DNA of 64,000 bases. Origin: Lama glama (lineage: Eukaryota). The position numbers and the translations under genes are program-made. Positions 54,601 through 64,000 of the stretch are shown piece by piece. The stretch is from contig CM052816.1 of NCBI GenBank assembly GCA_028534125.1, positions 7,626,001-7,690,000 of the forward strand, read 5' to 3'. How positions within the stretch are numbered: the first letter of the stretch is position 1; the number at the start of each line of letters is the position of its first letter. Under the pieces are notes generated by a model that ran no database searches, was not told the origin of the DNA, and was given only the letters and a program-made list of their open reading frames with translations.

Positions 54601-57600
54601 NNNNNNNNNNNNNNNNNNNNNNNNNNNNNNNNNNNNNNNNNNNNNNNNNNNNNNNNNNNNNNNNNNNNNNNNNNNNNNNNNNNNNNNNNNNNNNNNNNNN
54701 NNNNNNNNNNNNNNNNNNNNNNNNNNNNNNNNNNNNNNNNNNNNNNNNNNNNNNNNNNNNNNNNNNNNNNNNNNNNNNNNNNNNNNNNNNNNNNNNNNNN
54801 NNNNNNNNNNNNNNNNNNNNNNNNNNNNNNNNNNNNNNNNNNNNNNNNNNNNNNNNNNNNNNNNNNNNNNNNNNNNNNNNNNNNNNNNNNNNNNNNNNNN
54901 NNNNNNNNNNNNNNNNNNNNNNNNNNNNNNNNNNNNNNNNNNNNNNNNNNNNNNNNNNNNNNNNNNNNNNNNNNNNNNNNNNNNNNNNNNNNNNNNNNNN
55001 NNNNNNNNNNNNNNNNNNNNNTTCAGCAGGCAGGTTCTGAGGGAGACGACCGTGATGCTGGTGGTTGTGTTCTTGGATGGGCTGGTGGAGACTGCCTGGG
55101 GGGCTGTTGCAATGACGCAGGCAGGTGATGATGGGAGCCTGAACTAGAGCATTGTGAGGAAGAACCGAACCGAAAGGAGGAAGCAGCAGTATGGAGAGTG
55201 GTGATTCAGAGGTTCCAAATCTGGAGGACTGGAAAGCTGAGGCTGTTGGTGTAAAATAGGGAAGTAGGACCAGGGCCAGGACTGGGGCCAGGACCCGGGC
55301 GAGGCCTGCCGTGAGGATTTGCTGTTGGTCACGGTGAAGCCCCAGTGCCCAGCAGGTGTTCCTGGTAGGTGAGTAATTGTGACGATGACCATGATGCCTC
55401 TTCTTTGCCTAACTGCTGCTCCAGAACTCGTCCGGATGGTGTACAATGGACTGCGTGTTAGGGGACCTGGATTCCACGTCCAGCTCTGCCACTAAGTTCC
55501 TGTGTGGTCTTGGCTAACCCTTGCTCTTCTCTGGGTCTAAGTTTTCTCATTTTTAAAGTGAGAACCTTGAACGGGACCAGCTATTCTCCACGATGGCTGG
55601 ACAGCTTCCCTCTCAGTGGAAGAGGAGGGGATGGATTACTGCTAGCAGGCGGGATACTGCCTTTGCCCCTACTCAACCTCTGCCTTGTCTCTACCATTTT
55701 TGGTACAGACTCCAAAAATCTGGGTCTACTCTTGAAAGGGTCTCATGGCATCAGTACCACAATCAGCAGGTGGGTCAGTTGTGATGAGGAAGGAAAAAGC
55801 TTGCCAGCCCTGTATCAGAGGATCTCTAAGGTCCTTTCTGGCCCTGCCATCCGATGACTGGTATAAAAACAGTGAACAAATCGAGTGCAAACTAGCAGCA
55901 TAGCCCAGGAGAGGCAGAGACAGGTGGTTGGAATTAGAGAAGCAAATTCACGCCCTTTCTTCCCATCAAGTCTGGAAATCCTGTCATCAAGGCAGGACAC
56001 CTGGGCCCAACTACGTGAAGCGTGAAGCATGAAGCAGGCTGGCAGGGCGGGGCCCCAGGAGGGTGTAGAAAAGCAGCCTCTGTCTTAAAGATGCTGCAGC
56101 CCTGTTGAGCTAGAAGAGGCTGGGCTCCCTCAACAAGGCCATTCGCTGACAGCCGCAAGCTCTCCTCTTGGCTCAGGTACGTAGTCCCTGCTTTATGTGA
56201 GTAATACTCCATGCCCCGTGACTTGTGGTGGATGCTGGAGGCAGGCCTGAGCCCTAAGCTCAACATTCCTCCAGCCCCTGAGCCTCCTTGGCCCTGGCGG
56301 CAGGGGTCAGTTCCACCTCCACATACAAACAGCCGGGACACAACCAACACACCCCAGCTGGCCACAGACGTCTAGCAGCCAGAAAGCAAGGCCTTTTGCG
56401 TGCCTCTCCACCCCCTCCACTCTGCCTCACCCGAAAACTGTGAAATGGGGAGAAAAAAGCCAAGAGGTTGCTCAAGTAATGGGAGCTCGGAAGCTTGTAA
56501 ACAGCAGGACGATCAGCTTCTGAGCAGTTTCGGGGGGAGTGGCGGGGGTGGAGGGTCAGGGGAATCTCCTCTCATTAGATTTGAGCCTCTGCTGGCTGTG
56601 TGGCCCTGGGCAGTCATTCTCTGCGCCTCCATCTGCTGACAGGTGAGGATAATATCACCTGCCTCCCAAAATGGCTGTGAGAATTTGCTAACAGATCAAA
56701 ACTGTCTTGAAAGCCTCCTGGAAACAAATCCCCCCATTAAGGGATAGTGAGGATTCTGCCTGAGGCCAGGGTAAAGGGTCCTGACGTCCCTACCTTGTTG
56801 TGAAGAGGAGAGGTGATCCTCTTTGATGTTCCTCAGCCAGTATGAAGACGATGATGCTCTGGGCAGGGTGTCTCCAGGAGGAGATGTGTGACAAAGCCTC
56901 CACACTTTCTACTGGGGCCAGTGCTGTGAGTTCAGACTGGGGTGGGTCAGAGGGTACCCAAGGTGGGGGAAGCCATGGCCTGCGTTCACCACCGAGCGTG
57001 CAGCCCAGTCCTTATGGGAGTCCGCTTCCCTCTCCTGGGCCCAATGGAGTCCCAGAGCCGTTGCACCTTAACCAGGAGGCCAGAGGGGGAGGAAGGGACA
57101 GGTAGTGAGGGTGCCTCAGTCCTCCCACAATTGGACAAGATAGGTGAGTTCTGATGGCTTAAAAGTGGGAGTGGGGACCCAGCCAGGACCCCGGCTTGAG
57201 TTGCTGGTCCTGTCTCTTTCTCCTCACCCACCCTACCACTCCCATCAACGTGAAGGTGTGAAAGGAGAGCTAGACTGGGGGCAGGAGCCCTGAGTTCTGG
57301 GTCTCTGATCCTGTGTGACCACTCCTGTGCCCTCTTTGGGGCTCTGTTTCCTCCACTGTGAGATGGCGTCAGATTCAGTGCTGTCTTAAGGGCTCCTCAG
57401 CTGACTGTCAGCCTGTGGTTCCATGATTCTCTCTGCCTGGTTTAGTCACCTAGAAACCAGCAGTTACTAGGATCCCACGCACGTCAGCAGTTGTTACTCT
57501 CTCTAGCCTCCGCAAAGTCCTTTTGTAGAGGAAGGACAGGGAGGCCGGGCAGCCTTAAGCTGGACTGGAGAGCAGACGCAGCAAGGAAAGGATTCCTTTT

Positions 57601-59568
57601 GTCTCCCAGCCCCTCCCTTTGAATTGAGAGGAGACAAACATCCCTCTGGGGCTGTTACCCTTTGTCCATCCCATTCTCCACCTGCCCCTTGCCCCACCCC
57701 ACGTTGCTGGAGTTGGGGATAAGGGGTTGAGTCCTAGAACCCAGGGCTATGACATTTCGACTCTCTGAGGACCTGAGAGGAGACATGGGCATGCCCAGGC
57801 TGACATTAGCTAGCAGGTCCTACTGGTTGCAACTGATAGGATCATACCTCACTCTAAGTCTTTTCTAGACTATACCCATTCTGTTTTCTCTGAATCCATC
57901 TGTTCCTCCCCAGAGTTCTATAGAGAACACACAATGATGATGAGTTATTCATGGCATCCATGTTCTTACCGCCAGCCTTTTTGAAGCAGGGCCCAATCTT
58001 CCCTTCTCCACATCTCCCAAAACTGAGGTTACAGGACTGACTCCACGATAACTGGCCTGCCTATGGTCTACCCCTACTTCTTGAAACTCACTGCCATCCC
58101 TGAGCTGGAAGATGCCTTCTGAGTTGGAAATAATGAACAGGACTGGATACAAAGCCAGAGGCTTGAAGGAAGTGGCCTCATAACCATCCAGTCTCTAGGC
58201 TGACTTCAAGGAGGGGCAGACTGAATGGAATTTAGGCTGAGGACAGGATGGAGGATAGAAACAGACAGAAGGAACCTTGCATTTGGAATGGGTTTCCTGT
58301 GCAGTAGATAGGATTTGGAAACAAAATCATGGAGTCCAAGATCTTAGAATGAGGACCTGGAAGATTTGAGAAACACAAAACTCAAAGCTGCTTCTTGAGC
58401 TAATATAAGCGTGGTGCATGTGCATGTGTGTGTTGGGAAGCTGGAGACAAAAATCTCTCTCTTTGGGTGTATTCTGTGCCTGGCTTCTGCCTCCCCACCT
58501 GGGGAAGAGGAGAAGCCTGCATGGCCCACCTTGGCATATTTGTCCAGGAGATCAGCATGCTGGGTCACCCCTGCTCCTGGCTCAGTATCCCCGCTCTAGC
58601 TCAGGGGCACACACTCTGCTGGAGGGAGACTAGGGCTCAGGAGAACTCTGCCCCTCCTATTGAGCTGTCAGCCCCCACTTTCCATAACTACCAGGTGTGC
58701 TCAGGCCAATATGGGCAGTGGGTGGTGGGTCGGGAGGCTGCCCCCAAACAGGAAAGCCTTCTGAGAACGGCATCTGGGTGTTGCTGCTTCTCCGTGCATC
58801 CCCTCTGCCATCATCAGCTGCATTGTGTCCTGTCCTCCCACCCCCTGCAGATGGGGGAACTGACACTCAGACAGGCTTAGGGAACTAGTGAGCATCGTGG
58901 GTGTTCTGCGCTGCCAGCTCAGAGCTCTTTCTGTCACAGACCTCTGCCTCTCCTGCCAGTGTCCCAGAATCCAAGTGGGCATTTCCACCCGTATTTCTGC
59001 TTCGGTTAGACGAGGACCACTCAGCTGCGTTGTCCTTCCCTTGCATCTTGCCTGCCAGTCCCCATGGAAACCTCCGCAGCCAACCCAGACCTGGAGTCTG
59101 CAGGCCTTTTTCTGTGCCCCCACCCCCTTCAGGCCCCACTGGACGGGAGTATCCAGAAACAGACGGTGGCGTGGATGCAGAAAGGCGACCCTGAGGTAGC
59201 TGTGGGGAAGAAAGCGTGAACTCGGGGGAGAAGGACCTTCCTCCCCAATTCATTCTGCCCACCCGGCACACCCAGGTCTCCGACAGATGGAAATACGAAG
59301 AGTCTGAGGAAGGTCCGGGTGCGCCACAGAGGGAGGCAACGGGAGTTAAAGGCGTCTCACGCACGTAGGTGTCACCCTTCTGGAGGGGAGCCCGGGAAGA
59401 GGGGTGCCTGGCCACTCACTGAGAGATGGACACCTGCGGGCTAGGTTAGTTCACCAGTCCCCCACCCCAAGGCTCACTCACCTTCAACTTCTCCTGTCCC
59501 CGGCTCGGCGGGACGAAGCCGGCCAGGAGCAGGGAGAGAAGGCAGGATGCCCGGAAGAGCCGGGCCAT
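51468..59568 (-). CDS. GPX3: Glutathione peroxidase 3 (secreted selenoprotein), 5 coding exons, 681 nt / 226 aa
   Basis: Exons 87+154+118+100+222 = 681 nt in frame. Signal peptide [24 protein letters not shown]; catalytic motifs [29 protein letters not shown]; SECIS in the 3'UTR. Confidence 0.97.
52087..52186 (-). CDS. GPX3: GPX3 exon 4
   Basis: [33 protein letters not shown]; ttgtAG acceptor, AAG|GTGAGT donor. Confidence 0.96.
52629..52746 (-). CDS. GPX3: GPX3 exon 3
   Basis: (E)[38 protein letters not shown](K); donor AA|GTGAGT. Confidence 0.96.
53429..53511 (-). repeat. Right arm of the inverted repeat, inside GPX3 intron 2
   Basis: GGGCGGGAGGCAGGGGGAGAAGAGAAAACAAAATGAAGGGAGTGCTTTGGACCCTTGGTTTTTGGTTTCTATCTAGGCCTGCT, complementary to 50507-50590. 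Confidence 0.93.
53895..54048 (-). CDS. GPX3: GPX3 exon 2 with in-frame UGA = Sec73 (53917-53919)
   Basis: [53 protein letters not shown]; donor G|GTAAGA. Confidence 0.96.
54522..55021. other. Assembly gap (500 N) in GPX3 intron 1
   Basis: Run of exactly 500 N; flanks 54323-54521 and 55022-55220 are identical. Confidence 0.98.
59482..59568 (-). CDS. GPX3: GPX3 exon 1 coding part (signal peptide)
   Basis: [29 protein letters not shown]; strong Kozak cccgccATGG; donor AAG|GTGAGT. Confidence 0.95.
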
Positions 59569-59569
59569 G

Positions 59570-59860
59570 GCGGGCTGGGGGCGCGTCTCGGGCTCGCCGG
59601 AGACGCTGTCTGATCCCAGGTCACCGTCCGTCTGAGGTGTCGGCCGTTCTCAGCCACCTTTCAAGCCCTCAGCGATGACCAATCCGCGGCCGGGCCCGAG
59701 TCCTTGTAGCCAATCGCAGGGCGGCTGGCATTTCAGGGGCGGGCACTACTTACCCTCCGCTTCTGCCCCTCCCCAGCCCCTGAGCTGCGGTGACATAAGC
59801 AAGTCTGGGAAGAGAGATGGGAGCCAGGTCCCAATGAACCCGTGAGGCGGCCCCCTCTTC
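59570..59860 (-). promoter_or_regulatory. GPX3: GPX3 CpG-rich 5'UTR/core promoter
   Basis: CpG-rich; two CCAAT boxes 31 bp apart (59679-59683, 59710-59714); GC box GGGGCGGG at 59736-59743. Confidence 0.75.
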
Positions 59861-60512
59861 CTTCGACTCTATAAAGTGCAGGGAGAGGCTGGCACAATGT
59901 CCTCCAGCACAGCCAGGGAAAGAGCTTTAAACCAAGAAAACTGATGGAACACCCACCCCATGGGGTTCCCTGCTCCCTCCCGCCTCCATTCTGGTTGAAG
60001 GGATGCTGAGGACTTAAAGTGTCAGCAAGATTTGAAGTGAGACTTCCAGGAAAATTTACTCTAGGTAGGTTTAGTGCTTAAGAAGCGAAGAGTAAGTGCC
60101 CTGGGACTTTGGGTGCAGCCTCGCCCGGGGAAGAACACTGGGACTCCTGGTTTTGGAGCAGAAAATACATTTGCTCCCTGTGTAGTCTTGAACATGTTGC
60201 TCCCCCTCTCTGGGCCTCACTTTCCCTCACTGTGTAATGATGGCGTTGGTTGATCTCTAAGGCCCTTCTTTTTCTGGCTTGATGACTTCCTTCTAAAATA
60301 AGTGTCAGACCTAGACCAGGAAACCTCTGGGAGTAGGGACCATAATCACCAGCTGGCACAGGGCCTAGAACACAACAGGTGCTTAATATTTGCAGCATTA
60401 GTCAACCAATGAATTCATTTCTCTGCCTGGAGATGCTGATGATCAAGTAAGGCAGCTCTAGGTCTGGGCTGTCTATGCAAGTTTCTGTCCACAGACAGGG
60501 GAACGCGCTGGG

Positions 60513-60645
60513 ATCATTGCTTCCCAAATCTGACCATCAGAGTCACCTGAGAAGCTTTTCATACAGATTCCCAGGCCCCGTTCAGAATCACTGCATTAGA
60601 ATCTCTTGTCTGTCTTCAGACATGTTCCAAAGGTGATTCTCTGTC
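60513..60645. mobile_element. MER5-family DNA transposon fragment
   Basis: CTTCCCAAATCTGACCATCAGAGTCACCTGAGAAGCTTTT...CAGATTCCCAGGCCCC...GGTGATTCT. Confidence 0.5.
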
Positions 60646-62128
60646 TTCTGATAAAGAAGTGACCTTGAGATAACATGCTTTTACTATGATTTAAGGGAGT
60701 ATTGTCTCCGTGGGAATTTGTAAGTTCTCTCTCAAGTCCCACATTCTCTGTGATGCCTCCCTTACCTCAAACCACAGCCCGTTGAAGTAAAGGGAGTCTT
60801 GAAGGCCAGGAATTCTTTAAATGAGTTAAAACTTGGAAATATTTGAATAGTGGCTGACACAGAATATGTGCTCAATAAATATTATTCATTCAACCACTCC
60901 ATTTCACTGAAGCCTAGAGATGGGGAACAATTCACCCAAGTTCCCAAAGCAAATCAGTGGCAGAGAGGAGACTAGAATCCAGGTCTCTGGTCTCCATTCT
61001 TGGGCCCTCTTGACTTTATTTTGTTGTCATTTGAAGGTCATATTTACCAAAAGATACAAACACCTGTATGCATATCAGTTTGTCAGGAATCCATTATTCA
61101 TTAGCATCAGTAGGCATCTAGTGACCCTCAAAATAGTGACTGAACATCATGTCATCACCATGAGAGATGTCAAAGCGTTTTCCGGCAGTAACAATCCCTG
61201 CCCTTGAAGGATGTCCAGCAGAGCCAGGGCTAGGGTGAGGCGAGGGCAGAGCTGGCACCTGAGGGTGAGCGCCTCCTCAAATTTTGCACCCCATGTGCCT
61301 GACTTGCCCCACCCTAGTCCCAGCCCTGGTGTTCATTTTCTCTGGGGGGTGACAAGAAGGAGCCAGAGCCCGAGGCTTGCTGTGGGGCACAGACAAATTA
61401 CTTTCCTTCTCTGGGTCTCAGTTGGTCCACCTGTTAAACAAGGGTCTTTGACAGTCTCTCCGTGGTGGTCTCTGTGGCTCCACAGAGCCAAGGGTCTAAG
61501 GAGGCCAGTGCCACACCAGACTCAGGAGTACTGGCTCCGTGGACAGCGGGGTGGGAGGCTGGGGGAGCACGGTGCAGCATGGGGCTGGGCCTTCATGCTA
61601 CGGGCTGCTTTCAGAGGAGGTCTGAGCCTCAGTACAAAGATCATGAAGACAAGGATAAAAACAGTGCTTGCCTGTCTTTTCACCATCAGCCTTTTTAGCG
61701 CCCTTGGTTGATGTGTTCCCAGGAAGCCTATGTTTTGAAAGATGTTGTTCTTCACCAGGCTGATTCCTCTTGCCCTCAGGTTGAAGTCCAAATTCCTTAG
61801 CGCTTCAGACAGTATCCTCCAAATCCAGCTGCTTCTTCATCTTTTGCCACACTTTTCTTCTCTCTACCCCAGCTGTACTGGACTTTTCCTCAGTTCTTCC
61901 AACATGCGGTTGCCTCTTACCTCCAGGTCTTTTCTGTGTTGTTGCCTCTGCCTGGAGCTCCCCACGTTCCCTCTCTTTTACTGGTTCTCTCCTACCTTTC
62001 TCAGGTCTCCATGTAAATGTCACTTTTTAAGGGAAGAGTTTTGCTCAGGTCCTTTTGCTTTATTCTAGTTCCTAGAGTATTCGACATTTTCTACATCAAC
62101 ACTTTGCTGTACTTTACCATCATTTCTT

Positions 62129-62256
62129 TTTTCTTTTTTGGTGGGGGAGGTAATTAGGTTTATTTATTTATCCTTGGGGGAAGTACTGGGGCTTGAACCC
62201 AGGACTTCATGCATGCTAAACATGCGCTCTACCACTTGAGCTCTACCCTCCCCCTC
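62129..62256 (-). mobile_element. tRNA-derived SINE (camelid Vic-1-like) with 14-bp TSD
   Basis: Reverse strand GGGGGAGGGTAGAGCTCAAGTGGTAGAGCGCATG...GGGTTCAAGCCCCAGTAC...AAATAAATAAACCTAATTACCTCCCCC; TSD TACCATCATTTCTT at 62115-62128 and 62257-62270. Confidence 0.88.
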
Positions 62257-64000
62257 TACCATCATTTCTTGTTTGTCCCTTTTCTACACTAAAACATAAG
62301 GGCCAAAAAGGCTTCATTCTCACCACTTTGCATGGGGTTTAATACACAGTAGATGCTCTAACTATTAAATAAGCAAAGATCAAATAAAACACTATTTGGC
62401 AAACAGAATAAGCAGGGCTTCAGGTCAGCAAGTGCTAACAGGCTTGAGCCCATGAAACTGGTCTGATTCCAGCTGCTGACAAGATTTGCGACACATCAGC
62501 TATGCTGAGTGGTTTGTCAGGGTCAGAGGATGATTTGCACTGGGTTTCAGGAAAGGAAGGGTGGAGACAGATGCTGTAAAGGAATCAGAAGCCAGTTTTG
62601 TTTCCAGCCTGAGAATGTGCCCTACTGCCTCCCAGATGAGTGGGCACCCAGGACCTCTTCACTCTTTTCTAGACACACAAGGAGCTCGCTACTTGCCTGC
62701 TTGGTGGGTGAATGGGGAGTACAGATGACTTAGAAGGAGATTTTTTTCTTAAAGTGCTGATGCTCGGTGTCTTCAAGGAAGAGGGAACATGAGTTAATAA
62801 ATAAGATCTGTAAAAAGCCCAAACAATGGACGCTAGCCCTGTCATTGCTGAGTAAGCGCTGGACTCAGTGCTGGGGGCCAGCCAGTCCAACTGATGGGCC
62901 CCGGTGAGGACAGCGGAATGGAGGCCCAGCCCCCATCACTTCAGTGCCAACCTCAAACCATGCTCCTGTTTCACAATCAAGAAGAGATTGCAGAACCCAG
63001 ATGGAGCTCTGAAGCTACTGGTTTCCTAAATAATTGGCAGATCCAGCCTCAGAGCCAGCCAGCAGACAGGGGGTCCATCAGGAGGAGAGATGGCTAGAAA
63101 CTTTGCCTTCGAAACCAATGCCTTGCCAACTCTGGGCCTCAGTTTCCTCATCTGTGGAGTGAGGAGTTGGATAAGTTCATCTCAAAGGCCAAACTTTTGG
63201 ATGATAAGAGTAATAGCCAACATTCACCCAACATTCTATATAGAATCGTTTTGTTATTCTTTTATTACTTTTCACAATTTTAAATGCTCTCATTCATTTA
63301 TCTACCTACAGTGGTCACTCCCATTCTCCTCCCACCTAGAATGTAAACAGCATAACATCAGAGACCATGTCTTATTCTCTGCTGTAACTCCAGCCCTACC
63401 AGAGTACCAGGCACACACAGAGGGTATTTAATAAATCGTTATTTAAGAACAAACGAATGAACGAGTAAATGAATGAATGAATGAGATAAAAACAAGAGGG
63501 GGAGACACAGATTTGGGAGAGTCCCTAAATCCTTGTACTTTGCCTTTATTTAGAGACAAGCCCTGCCCCTCCCCACCATCCTTAGGCAGGGAGGGGTGCC
63601 ACTCAGAAAGATTCATCTCTTCAGGAAGTGAGGTGCAGGTGAGGATGAGAGACGGGCTATGGAGAAGGATCAAGGTGAGCGGATCCTGAAGCTGAAAGCC
63701 TGAAAGAGATCTGGGCATCAACTTCCTTTTCCTTAAGGCTCTGTGGTCCACAGGAAATAACCTGGCCAAACACTGAACTCCAAAATATTTTAGGGCATCT
63801 AGTCAGAATCAGGTCCTGTCCTACATCTCAGGCTTTGGGCTCTCAACCTCACAGGGACTATCAGACCACAGGGGTCTTTGGGGATGATCTAGCTCCTCAC
63901 TGCTCCAAGTGTGGTCCTTAGACTCCATTGACAGACGTCCCCACAGCTGTCAGCCCTGCTCCCAAGTTTCTTACACCACATTAAATGGACAAATTCATAT

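Noticed and set aside
54492-55128. ORFs of 182 and 209 aa
   Set aside because: Artefacts of translating through the N gap
54323-55220. Direct repeat suggesting LTRs or a tandem duplication
   Set aside because: 100% identical and flush with the gap edges, so most likely an assembly overlap
1-64000. CRISPR arrays, operons or other prokaryotic systems
   Set aside because: The sequence is intron-containing mammalian DNA and I saw no regularly spaced repeat-spacer array

Overview
Mammalian genomic DNA, most likely camelid because it carries three tRNA-derived Vic-1-like SINEs. It holds two complete protein-coding genes in tail-to-tail orientation. TNIP1/ABIN-1 is on the + strand: CpG-island promoter at ~8.1-9.0 kb, probable distal first exon ending at 2888, 17 coding exons from 21508 to 49374, 1905-nt CDS = 634 aa, one GC-AG intron, and an alternative last-exon acceptor giving a different C-terminus. 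The selenoprotein GPX3 is on the - strand: 5 coding exons from 59568 to 51468, 681 nt = 226 aa, in-frame UGA (Sec73) at 53917-53919, and a type-II SECIS at ~50770-50845. The two 3' ends are only ~0.5 kb apart and both appear to use variant polyA hexamers. The most striking unexplained structure is a ~84-bp, ~95%-identical inverted repeat. One arm is in GPX3 intron 2 (53429-53511) and the other just past the GPX3 polyA site (50507-50590), bracketing GPX3 exons 3-5 and the SECIS. A 500-N gap flanked by an exact 199-bp duplication is an assembly artefact. The rest is ordinary intronic/intergenic DNA with MIR, L2, L1M and MER relics. All coordinates were read by eye, and comparisons with human orthologues are from recall, not alignment.
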